A stretch of DNA of 64,000 nt, from contig NC_043026.1 in NCBI RefSeq assembly GCF_006345805.1, forward strand, positions 13,061,579 to 13,125,578, read 5' to 3'. The translations under genes were made by a program, and so were the position numbers. Numbering within the stretch: position 1 is the stretch's first letter; every line of letters starts with the position of its first letter. This stretch comes from Octopus sinensis. Taxonomy: Eukaryota. Shown here one piece after another: positions 1 to 13,909 of the stretch. Under the pieces are notes generated by a model. The model saw only the letters and a program-made list of their open reading frames with translations. It was not told where the DNA came from and ran no database searches.

Positions 1-67
1 ACTTAAAAATTACTGTCGATTTTAGCAGTTTTGTAACTTCTTGCGGAACCCTCGTTGAAAACCACTG
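1..67 (+). mobile_element. 3' end of a hAT/Charlie-like MITE
   Basis: Ends ...gttgaaaaccactg, same sequence as the MITE monomers at 30832-31380 and 42092-42516; CAGTG(G/C)TTTTCAA termini are hAT-like. Confidence 0.7.
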
Positions 68-150
68 ACCCAGATATTTGAAGCTTCTAGTTCTCCTCCC
101 TGGCATTTGATGGAGTCTATTTTCTGCACATGCTGAGTGTTCATTGTATC

Positions 151-489
151 TCTCTTTTACTCTTTTACTTGTTTCAGTCATTTGACTGCGGCCATGCTGG
201 AGCACCACCTTTAGTTGAGCAACTCGACCCCGGGACTTATTCTTTTTTGTAAGCCCAGTACTTATTCTATCGGTCTCTTTTTGCCGAACCGCTAACAAAC
301 ATACATATATATATATATATATATACGACAGGCTTCTTTCAGTTTCCGTCAACCAAATCCATTCACAAGGCATTGGTCGGCCCGGGGCTATAGGAGAAGA
401 CACTTGCCCAAGGTGGCATGCAGTGGGACTGAACCGAGAACCATCTGGTTGGTTAGTAAGCTACTTACCACACAGCCACTCCTGCGCCT
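151..489 (-). mobile_element. tRNA-derived SINE family A (CORE-like)
   Basis: Minus strand reads aggcgcaggagtggctgtgtggtaag (A-box-like), ggttcagtccc (B-box-like), ccttgggcaagtgtctt (CORE-like), an internal (TA)n and the tail ggcggtgctccagcatggccgcagtcaaatgactgaaacaagtaaaaga; about 15 copies in the window. Confidence 0.8.
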
Positions 490-534
490 TCCATACACAA
501 AAACTATTTTCCCTGCAAACTTTCCTCTGATATT

Positions 535-930
535 GCTGCACCAGTTATGTGCCCATAGCTTACACCGGGTACATCTTATGGAGTTTCTACCCACACCTTT
601 TCTACAGATCAAGCATGGTCATCTACCTGAGGGTGATTTGTGATTTGTCTCCTCTCCTACTTACTAAGACTTTGGTTTTAGCATTTTGATTCCATATCAG
701 AAGTTTCTTCTCTAGTTCTGGTAGTGATTGTATCCTAAGAAGAAAGTCATCAGCATAGAGGAGCTCCCAGGTGCAGCCCATCTTAATTTCCTCTGTTCTT
801 GCCCGGAGGACTATGATGAACAAGAGGGGACTGAGGACTGATCCTTGGTGAACCCCTACTTGTACCCTGAATTCATCACTATACTCACAGCATCCTTCTA
901 AAAGGCTTATAGAGCTCTTACCAGCAAGTC
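535..930 (-). mobile_element. RTE-clade LINE fragment (RT C-terminal part)
   Basis: Peptides WELLYADD and CRKGVGRNSIRCTRCKLWAH; homologous to 5055-5300. Confidence 0.75.
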
Positions 931-944
931 ATATATATATATAT

Positions 945-1225
945 GGAGGCGCAATGGCCCAGTGGTTAGGGCAGCGGACTCGCGGTTTCAATTCCCAGAC
1001 TGGGCATTGTGAGTGTTTATTGAGTGAAAACACCTAAAGCTCCACGAGGCTCCGGCAGGGGGTGGTGGCGATCCCTGCTGTACTCTTTCACCCACTCTTT
1101 CTTCTGTTGGCCTGCTCGCTTAGCCAGCGGGGTGGCGTCAGTTGAAGGCTAAAACAATGTGAAGCGCATTGTGACCAGTGATGTGTAGCAACATCTGATA
1201 GCCTGGTCGATCACAAAAAGATCAC
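945..1225 (+). mobile_element. tRNA-derived SINE family B
   Basis: Head ggaggcgcaatggcccagtggttagggcagcggactcgcgg...ttcaattccc shared with copies at 7812, 37140, 37501, 44104 and 47140. Confidence 0.75.
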
Positions 1226-1739
1226 GGTGATATATATATATTCGTGTGCCTTTGATTGTCCCCACCACCACACCATCATTTAACAGACTAATAGAATAAA
1301 TAGGAGGCTCACACAGAATAAGTCCTGGGGTCAATTACTTCAACTAGGGTAAAAGAAACCCTTTAAGGTGGTGCTCCAGCATGGCCACACTCAAATGACT
1401 GCAACAAAGAATAAAAGATCAGGGAGTAGAAATGAAGATTGGAAAGCAGAAACCTGCAGCCTCGATTGGAAGGGGAACAATACAGCCCCTGATTATAAGG
1501 GAGTTGGCAGTGCAAACGTGGTTTTATGTTGTTTAATAAAAGAAAGTTTTTCACTCAAGAATCAAAATGGAAAGAATCACATCAACTGACCAGAAAATAT
1601 AATGCAACAAATTATTAAAATGAAAGGATTTTAATTTCAAAATTCAGAACATTTTTAACAAAATATTTCCTCACAAATTTCAATGATAAAGTTTTGCCTA
1701 AATTTCTCAGTGATTTCTGTTTTTGCTGCATCTAAACTT

Positions 1740-2160
1740 CGGACACTGGTAGAATGTGTCATATAAAACATCTTTTACTCTTATCATTTTTGAGAAAAGC
1801 TTATATTTAGGAAGTTATTTCATGTTAAAGTTGTCCTATTTCGGCAATTTCAACCAATCAATGACGTGTTTTCAGCTGAATAAAATTACTGCTATTGTTT
1901 GTCAACAACTTTTGGTGGTGTATTTTTTGTTTGTCACTGTTATTTATGACATCATTTCTGTGTTTGTACTGGTTTTAAGGTTGGGGTTTTAGGGTTAGGG
2001 TTTTAGTGTTAGGGGGTTAGGGTTTTAGGGTTAGGGCTGTCATAAATAACTGACAAACAAAGCATACACTGCTGGAAGTTCTTCTTGACAAACAACAGCA
2101 GTAATTTTATTCTGCTGAATAAACGTCATTGATTGGTTGAAATTAGGGTTAGGGTTATCA
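1740..2160. mobile_element. Foldback/MITE-like element with about 105-bp inverted arms around a degenerate (TTAGGG)n loop
   Basis: 1847-1951 (atttcaaccaatcaatgacg...tatttatgaca) is the reverse complement of 2038-2143; the loop holds ttaggg/ttttaggg repeats. Confidence 0.65.
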
Positions 2161-2299
2161 TCCCAAGTTAGAATGTTCTCCACAGAAAAGGATTTATCTT
2201 ATTCTAGAATTAAAAGATTTCCTTCCTTTGCGAATCCTTTTGTGTTCTGTTAAATTACTGCTAGATGCAAAAAATCTTCCATATTTCGCAATGAAAGAG

Positions 2300-4027
2300 T
2301 CATTCCCCTGTGTGGATCCGTTTGTGACTTGTTAAGCCACTCTTAGACACAAACGATGTCCCACAAATTTCACAGTGGAATGGCTTCTCTCCAGTGTGAC
2401 GACGTTTGTGAATTACAAGACCAGAATTTTGAGAAAAAGATTTCCCACAGACTTCACATTGGAAAGGTTTTTCCCCAGTATGGACCCTTCTATGCCTTGT
2501 TAAGTCAGTGCTGTAGGCGAAAGATTTCCCACAGATTTCACAGCCAAATGGTTTCTCCCCTGTATGTTTCCGTTTGTGTTTCGTTAAGGCACTGTTCGAC
2601 AAAAAAGATGTCCCACATACTTCACAGTGGAAAAGCTTTTCTCCCGTGTGGATATGTTTGTGAATTATAAGACCGGAATTCTGAGAAAAAGATTTTCCGC
2701 ATATTTCACATTGGAAAGGTTTCTCCCCCGTGTGCATTCGTTTATGCCTAATTAAGTCACTGCTACAAACGAAGGATTTCCCGCACATTTGACAGTCAAG
2801 TGTCTTCTCCCGTCTGTGTATTCTTTTGTGTTTAATTAAGTTACTATTATAGGCAAACAAAGCCCCACATATTTCACAACGATACGGTTTTTCTCCAGTG
2901 TGGCTTCGTTTATGCATGACAACTTTAGAATAGTTTGAGAAAGATTTGCCACAGATTTGGCAGTGAAATGCTTTCTCTTCTCTGTGTATTGCTTCGTGTT
3001 CTGTTAAGTGACTGTTCGTCACAAAAAATGACCCACATATATTACAACGATATGGTTTCTCTCCTGCGTGACTTCGTTTATGTATGACAAGCGTAGAATT
3101 TTGAGTGAAGCATTTCCCGCAGATTTCACAGAGATGCAGTTTTCGCCCAGAGTGCTTTAATTTGTGTGTGCTTAAGAGGCTGTTACTAACAAAAGACTTT
3201 CCACAAATTCCACAATGGAAAGGTTTATCTCCAGTGTGAGTTCGTCTGTGAACTACAATATAAGAATTATCAGAGAAGGATTTACCACAGATTTCACAAT
3301 GGAAAGGTCTTTCACCTGTGTGACTACGTAAGTGAAGAACAAGATTAGAATTTTTAGTGTAAGATTTGCCACAAACCATGCAGTGGAAAGGTCTTTCTCC
3401 TGTATGGCTGCGCTTGTGAACTGCAAGACTAGAAGTTTGAGTGAAACTTTTTCCACACACCTCGCAATGGTGCGGCTTCTCTCCCGTGTGTGTTCGTTTA
3501 TGTATGTTTAAATCACTATTACAAAGAAAATATTTTCCACAGATCTCACAATGACAGCTGTTTTCTCCAGAGTGGATTCTTTCGTGAATTTTTAGCCTAC
3601 TTTTTGAGACAAATGATTTCGCACATATTTCACACTTGAATGGTTTCTCCCCAGTGTGACTACGAGTGTGTAGAACAAGATCAGAATTGTTAATGAATGA
3701 TTTTCCACAGATCTCACAATGAAACAGTCTTGCTCCAGTGTGTATCCGTTTGTGTTTCGTTAAGACATCTTCAGAGACAAAATATTTCCCACATATTTCA
3801 CAATTATAGGCTTTTTCCTTATTGTGTATTTCTTTGTGTTTAAAGACTTCTTGCTCCGAAGAGAATGTCTTCCTACAAACATCACATTTATATTCGGTGA
3901 TATTTCCCTGTCTCGATCTTTCTTTAGTAAATACTTCACCATTAACAGTTTTCTCATCCCCGTCTGTCTCTCTATCTGTATCTGTATCGTTCAAAACAAT
4001 CGTGTCCAAGTGATCAACGTTCTCCAT
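2300..4027 (-). CDS. C2H2 zinc-finger protein, 575 aa, 19 tandem fingers (ZNF-1)
   Basis: Uninterrupted ORF of CxxC-x12-HxxxH units with TGEKP-type linkers; no KRAB/ZAD/SCAN/BTB domain. Confidence 0.95.
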   Translation of the reverse strand: MENVDHLDTIVLNDTDTDRETDGDEKTVNGEVFTKERSRQGNITEYKCDVCRKTFSSEQEVFKHKEIHNKEKAYNCEICGKYFVSEDVLTKHKRIHTGARLFHCEICGKSFINNSDLVLHTRSHTGEKPFKCEICAKSFVSKSRLKIHERIHSGENSCHCEICGKYFLCNSDLNIHKRTHTGEKPHHCEVCGKSFTQTSSLAVHKRSHTGERPFHCMVCGKSYTKNSNLVLHLRSHTGERPFHCEICGKSFSDNSYIVVHRRTHTGDKPFHCGICGKSFVSNSLLSTHKLKHSGRKLHLCEICGKCFTQNSTLVIHKRSHAGEKPYRCNICGSFFVTNSHLTEHEAIHREEKAFHCQICGKSFSNYSKVVMHKRSHTGEKPYRCEICGALFAYNSNLIKHKRIHRREKTLDCQMCGKSFVCSSDLIRHKRMHTGEKPFQCEICGKSFSQNSGLIIHKHIHTGEKLFHCEVCGTSFLSNSALTKHKRKHTGEKPFGCEICGKSFAYSTDLTRHRRVHTGEKPFQCEVCGKSFSQNSGLVIHKRRHTGEKPFHCEICGTSFVSKSGLTSHKRIHTGE

Positions 4028-5054
4028 ATTATTTCTTGAGCAATTCTTAAAAAGCTGACAAACGTCTGTGAGTTAATTTATTGTGATTCAATTTCTTGTC
4101 TTAGATATCACAGTCCTCCGTTTACAAGCGTGGAACAGATGCAACGTAGATGTATATCCTACTTACTGGTAGAAAGTCCAAATTAAAAGCCATTTCCTCC
4201 TTTTCTGTAAAATAGGGAAAAACCAATTAACGATTTAAAGCTTTGATCAAATGAAATAATTAACACCGATCATCAAACTTGCTCGTCGCCCTGCCTTATC
4301 CACAAACAGTAACGTTCACCTTAACATAAGATAATTACTACGTATGATTGAATTAATTTTACCTGAAATAATTAGAAACACAAACACGGTAGACGGTGTC
4401 GATGATAATTTTTTCCCACGTTAGAATGACACCGGTGACAAACATGAAAATCCCCACTCAAAAATAAAAATTGGGTTAAAATATAGTGTTCAACTATTAA
4501 TAAATGCGTCTTGGATATAGTATTAATGTATACGAGGGGTTCTCCTAGCTTTTAGGGTGTTGTGAAAGGCCTGTTCCCAGGCCAAGCCTTCCGAGTTCTT
4601 GTAGAGGGCTTCGAAAAACTGAAGGATGGTCGCAGTGAATGAATGTGAGAAGGGGACATGTTGAATAAAATCCTAAATAACCGATCCACTTCTAATTTCT
4701 TTTCCCAAAGCCAGAAACTTTTCATCGCCCTTTCTACATTACGCTACGTATCTTTGTGCGTGTGTGTGTGTGTGTGTGTGTGAGTAACACTCTAGCTTTT
4801 AACATTGTTTGATTTTTTTTCAGTTTACAAGTTTTAGTCGAAGATAAAGAATACGCTCACCCGGTGGTCAGGGTTCGGTTTAGAGTTTAAGATTAGGATT
4901 TCGCCGAAAACGGGTGTGTGCGTATTTTTTTTTACCTTTTAAATCATTCAATGCGAACTGGAATCGCGTGTTTATTTTTTGCATTTATCTCATAAATGAC
5001 GCAGCACGGAATTTTGTCAGTGAACAGTCGCGGTCTCGAAGCGACAAAAATACG

Positions 5055-7160
5055 CCTTTTCTACAGATCGAGCAGGGCCATCTACCTGAAGGGATTTGTG
5101 GTTTGCCTGCCTTCCTACTTATTAGGACTTTGGTTTTAGCTAGGTTTCCATACTTGAAACTTCTCCTCTAGTTCTGATAGTGTCTCAGCAATTAGAGCAC
5201 GATCGTCAGCATAGAGAAGCTCCCAGGGGCATCCTGTCTTGAATTCCTCTGTTATTGCCTGGAGGACTGAATCTTTTTGGAACCCTACCTCTACCTGGAA
5301 TTCTTCATTGTACTCGTTGCCAACCCTCACCTTACTGACAGCGTCCCTGTATATGGCTTGCACAGCTCTCACTAACCATTCATCTATCCCTAGTTTCCTT
5401 ATTGACCACCAGATAAGGGATCGGGGGACCCTGTCGAAGGCTTTCTCCATGTCAACAAAAGCCTGGTACAGGGGCTTATCTTTGGCTAGGTATTTCTCCT
5501 GCAGCTGCCTTACCAGGAATATGGCATTAGTGGTGCTTTTCCCTGGCACGAACCCAAACTGACTCTCTCCCTAATTAGTTGGGCTATGACCATCTCCGTG
5601 ACCTTCATTACCTGATCCAACAGCTTAATACCCCTGTAGTTATTTGTATCTAAATCATCACCTTTACCTTTGTAGCAATTGACTAGTATGCTGCAACACC
5701 AGTCATTGGGTATGACTCCTTCGTGTATCACCTGGTTAACTATACGGGTGACTAGGCTGTAGCCGACATTACCAGATATTTTGAGCATCTCTTCAGTGAT
5801 TCCTGATGGGCCAGGTGTTTTCCCTTTCTTCATACTCTTAATTGCTTTATCTACCAAGGTACTGTCAACTCGAATAGCTGGTCCCTCTGTTGGGTTGACA
5901 TTCGGCAGACTCTCTTTATCCCATTCATTTTCCTTATTTAGCAGCCTCTCATAATGATGTCTCTAAACCTCTCTCTTTGCAACCTCATTTAGCGTAAGTG
6001 AACCATCATCCATGCGGACACATTTCTCTCCTACGACATCACGATTCTCTCTCACACACTGTTTTGCAACATGAAATACCTCACAGTGCAGAACATTGGC
6101 AAATTTTTTATCTGCTTCCCCTCTGGCTAAATTAACCTGCCTCCTAGCTTCCCTTCTGGCTGTCTGATACAATTCCCTGCTACCACTGTTCTTCCAGTCG
6201 TTTCCAAGTCTGTTTCTTTTGTCTAATAGCCCTGTCAACAATATTGTTCCACCACCATGTTATTTTGGGTCGAGAGGGGACTTTGCACCATCCACAGATC
6301 TGGTCAGTGACTCTCAGCAGCTTGTCCTGTAGAAACCTCCTGTTGTCTTCTACATCATGTGAAGCTATATCCCCTTCTATTTCGTCAAAGGCTTTGAGTA
6401 ATATGTCTCTAAATCTCTGTCCATTTGGAGTATCATTAAGCTTCCAGACCCTTCTTTATGATGGTCATCTTCTGGGCATCCATTTAGCCCTGATCCTGAA
6501 GTCACTAACTTCCAATCTATGTTGCAGGGTACATTCTTTGCTTGGGAAGGTTTTGGCATTTCCTGAAGTTAGTATTGCAAACCATAAGATCATTTGCAAC
6601 ACAGAACTCTTAGCAGCCTGGTTCCCTCTTTGTTGTGGGAACCAAAACCATAGCCTCCATGTACGCTGTGGAAGCCCCCTGCATGAAGTCACCAGCCACA
6701 AAGAGAAGGTCCCTGTCATTTGTCAATGAGGTAGTCTGCAAGAGGGTGTCATAGAATTGGTCTTTCTGTTCATTGGGTAGCCCTGGCTGAGGGGCATAGG
6801 CCTATATCATGGTTGCTAACCCATGATGAATCACTAATCTAATCTTAAGTATTCTGTCACATACTCTGACTACCTCGATTACCTTATCAACCCATTTCTC
6901 CGCAAGAAGTATCCCAACGCCCCTGATCCTGTCAGTGTTCCTTGCCCAGAAAATCTTGTACCTGTGTTCTTTGCCTGTGAGGAACCTAGCAGAACCTCCT
7001 CTCCACCTTACTTCTTGGATGCAGCACATATTGACACATCTCAACAGACCTACCTTTCAGTGTGCTGATGTTGAGAGAGTGCCAACCTTGAGGGTGTGGT
7101 GGGAGATATGGGCCTGTGAGACCCTGGGATGGGGGACAGTAGCTTCATGTACCTGAAAAG
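5055..7160 (-). mobile_element. Degraded RTE-clade LINE (APE endonuclease + reverse transcriptase, frameshifted)
   Basis: ORF pieces CIQEVRWRG...GVGILLAEKWVD (APE), KTPGPSGIT...NYRGIKLL, FVDMEKAFDRVPR and ELLYADD (RT). Confidence 0.9.
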
Positions 7161-7811
7161 AAAGCTCGCATTTGGCAGAATTCATAAACAAACAATAGCC
7201 TTCAGTTCAACCTGCATACACTACACTATCATATTTTTGCACTTTATGATCACTACCTTACATAGGAGATAACCCTAAGTAGGGGTGGGCATGGCGTTAA
7301 GCCTTTAGAAGTGTTCATGGGAGATAACCAAGGGATGACAAAGGATAGGAACTTCCAGTACAGGTGGAGGGGGTGAGGGCAGGCGCAAAGCAAACTGGGA
7401 AGTTTAGACGAGAGAATCTTCTGTGTGCGCTGGTTTATATCAGGTGGTGGTGGTGGAGGAAGTCTTGGCGAAGCAAGTGGTAATCGAAAGAGAGAGAGAG
7501 AGAGAGTGAGGCTAAGAGACAGACAGAGTGAGGCGGAGGGAGAGAGAGGGGGTAGTGGTCAAGAATATGAGGGAGAAAAAATATTCTTTTGGGATCTGTG
7601 TAGCATAATTTAACGAGGCAGCAAAATGTTGGTAATAGTAAAATAGAATTGAGAAATCTGAGAGTTTTCGGTCAGACAATCTAAGACAACGTAAAGTATA
7701 ATAGCCATCTCAATATGGCTAACCACTAAGGGTGGGTGTTACTGTAGCTTTTAGCCCCAGGAGATCATCATCTCCAAAATTAGGGAAATAAGTGACAGTC
7801 TGTGATAAACT

Positions 7812-8190
7812 TTAAAAAGGAGCACTCCGTCGGTTACGACGATGAGGGTCCCAGCTGATACGATCAACAGAACAGCTTGCTCGTGGAATTAACGTGCAAG
7901 TGGCTGAGCACTCCACAGACACGTGTACCCTTAACGTAGTTCTCGAGGAGATTCAGCGTGACACAGAGTGTGACAAGGCCGGCCCTTTGAAATACAGGTA
8001 CAACAGAAACAGGAAGAAAGAGTGAGAGAAAGTTGTGGTCAAAGTGTACAGCAGGGATCACCACCATCCCCTGCCGGAGCCTCGTGTAGCTTTTAGGTGT
8101 TTTCGCTCAATAAACACTCACAATGCCCGGTCTGGGAATTGAAACCACGATCCGACGACCGCGAGTCCGCTGCCCTAACCACTGGGCCAT
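7812..8190 (-). mobile_element. SINE family B, full length
   Basis: Reverse complement of the 44104-44485 copy from head to ...gtaaccgacggagtgc tail. Confidence 0.8.
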
Positions 8191-8527
8191 TGTGCCTCCA
8201 CTTATAAACTTTAAAAGATGAATGAATCGATGAATTTGTTGTAGTTAAGGAAATGCGTGAACTAAGGTCACCTTAAGGCAACAACAAGGAAGACAAAACT
8301 ATTGAAACTATATTTGCATGATGACATGGAACTGAAATAGACAGAATAAGGAAAAGAACTAATAACGAATAGGAGTGGCTGTGTGGTAAGTAGCTTGCTT
8401 ACTATCCACGTGGTTCCGGGTTCAGTCCCACTGCATGGCACCTTGGGTAAGTGTCTTCTAGTTATAGCCTCGGGCCAACCAAAGCCTTGTGAGTGGATTT
8501 GGTAGACGGAAGCTGAAAGAAGTCCGT

Positions 8528-8529
<2 letters not shown>

Positions 8530-8591
<62 letters not shown>

Positions 8592-8692
8592 GATATATAT
8601 ATATATATATACACATACATATATATACATATACATATATATATATACATAGATATATATATATATACATACATATATATATATATACATAC

Positions 8693-8740
<48 letters not shown>

Positions 8741-8751
8741 TATATATATAC

Positions 8752-8848
<97 letters not shown>

Positions 8849-9081
8849 CATATATATATACATACATATATATATACATACTATATATATACATACATAT
8901 ATATACATACTATATATATATATATATATATACATATATATATACATACATATATGGATATGTTATCCCATAGGAGGGTTGCATTTACAACCACTATCTC
9001 AATTTGTATACATACATATATATATACAAATATATACATACATACATATACATATAGACATATATACACACATATATATAT

Positions 9082-9124
<43 letters not shown>

Positions 9125-9133
9125 TATATACAT
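8530..9133. repeat. (TA)n/(TACA) microsatellite
   Basis: Low-complexity TA run with interspersed CA. Confidence 0.95.
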
Positions 9134-9134
9134 C

Positions 9135-10886
9135 TGACTTTTTTACCACTGCAGATATAAAATCAGAGGCGGCGACGATAGATTACATCGATATAAAGGA
9201 AGACGATGTAACCAAGGCTATAGATGAAATGAAAACAGACTCAGCTACTGGCCCCGATGGATTCCCGGCAATCCTCCAAAAAGCATGTAAGAGAGTCCTA
9301 GCAAGACCACTGCAGTTCCTCTTTCAGAGCTTCCTTGCAGCTGGCAAACTTCCAGGAAAACTGAAGGAAGGTAAAATATGCCCCATTCATAAAGGAGGTA
9401 GCAGAGTGGAAGCCAAGAACTATAGACCTATCTCTCTGACCTCACACATCAGCAAGGTCATGGAACGAATAGTCAGAAGGAAGCTGATCACCTTCCTTGA
9501 AGAGAATGACTTGCTGCCCGACACCCAACATGGTTTCCAACCAGGGAGAAGCTGTTTAACTCAGCTCCTACAACACTATGACTGGGTGCTGAAACGGCTG
9601 CTCAACCACTCAAATGTGGAAGTGATATATCTCGACTTTGCAAAGGCCTTTGATAAAGTCGATCATGGAATGATATGTCACAAACTGCGTGATCTCAACA
9701 TAGTTGGAAAACTGGGAGAATGGCTTCATGACTTTCTGAAGGATAGAAGTCAGGTGGTAGTAGCCAATGGGGCCACCTCCATTAACACACAAATAGTGAG
9801 CGGTGTTCCGCAGGGCACTGTTCTGGGACCACTACTGTTCATAATGGCCCTCTCAGACATGCCCTCAGCCACGCAGAGAGCCACGATCACAAGTTATGCA
9901 GATGATACAAAGGTTTCACAGGCAATACAGAACCCTGAGGACACTAAACACCTGCAATGTGAGCTGGACGAAATATACAAGTGGGCTGAAAAGAATAGCA
10001 TGCAGTTCAATGCTGGAAAGTTTCAAGCTTTATACTATCAGCATGCAAAACTGAATGCAATACCCAATGAATACACTGGACCCGGAGGGATTGCAATCCC
10101 AGAGGCACAATCAGTGCGTGACCTGGGTATTCACATGAGTGATGACGCGACCTTTCATGTACATGTTGCTAAACTGACAATGAAATGTAGACGGCTGGCT
10201 GGATGGATTCTTAGAACCTTTAGAACAAGAAACCATGATGGTCCTCTGGAAGACACTTGTCCTAAGCCACTTTGACTATTGCTCTCAGCTATGGTCACCA
10301 TCCAGTGTCAAGTTGATCACAGAACTTGAGGCGATCCAACGAAGCTACACAAAGAAGATAGCCTCTATGCAGAATGTAAGCTACTGGGAAAGACTCAAGA
10401 GATTAAAATTATATTCCCTGGAGCGTAGGCGGGAAAGATATGCCATAATATACATCTGGAAGATCCTGGAGGGAAGTGTCCTGAACTTTGGCATCGTGAG
10501 TTACGCAAATGCCAGAACTGGGCGCCACTGCGTGGTGCCTAGGACTCCAAACCTGCCATCAAGATGTAGGACAAGATTCTGTGATAGCCTGGGCTTCCGA
10601 GGCACACAGCTCTTCAATATCCTCCCGAAGAACCTGAGAGACCTGCATGGGGTGGATACAGATGTCTTTAAAATGAAGCTGGATCTCTTCCTGTCAGGTG
10701 TCCCAGATGAACCAACTTCACGGCAGGAGGGGCAGATGAGGGCAGCTGCATCGAACTCTCTTATGCACCAAATAGCAGTTGCTAGAAAGCCTCCATGAAG
10801 TGAAACCAAGTAGCAACACCAAATGGCGGTGCCCCAGCATGGCCACAGCTCATAAGCTGAAACTAGAATCAATCAATCAATCAATC
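9135..10886 (+). mobile_element. 5'-truncated CR1-clade LINE, RT domain with one frameshift near 10235, (ATCA)n tail
   Basis: GPDGFP, KNYRPISLTS, QHGF..GRSCLTQLL, YLDFAKAFDKVDH, SGVPQGTVLGPLLF, YADDT, then the CR1-type C-terminus LKLYSLERRRER; tail aatcaatcaatc at 10867-10886. Confidence 0.9.
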
Positions 10887-13665
<2,779 letters not shown>

Positions 13666-13909
13666 TGTTTGTGTTTGTGTTTGTCTCCCCAACATCGCTT
13701 GACAACCGATGCTTGTGTGTTTACATCCCTGTAACTTAGCAGTTCAGTAAAAAAGGCTGATAGAATAAGTACTAGGCTTACAAAAGAATATCTCCAGGGG
13801 TCGATTTGCTTGACTAAAAGGCGGTGCTCCAGCATGGCCACAGTCAAATGACTGAAACAAGTAAAAGAATAAGAAAGCAATGTATTTTCATTTAAAATTT
13901 CCTGTAGTT

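Noticed and set aside
945-1010. tRNA genes at SINE heads
   Set aside because: A/B-box-like motifs are present but no complete cloverleaf; each continues into a SINE body repeated many times.
1975-2037. Telomere or chromosome end at TTAGGG runs (also about 33765, 34010 and 62470-62505)
   Set aside because: Short, degenerate and internal to TIR-bounded MITEs.
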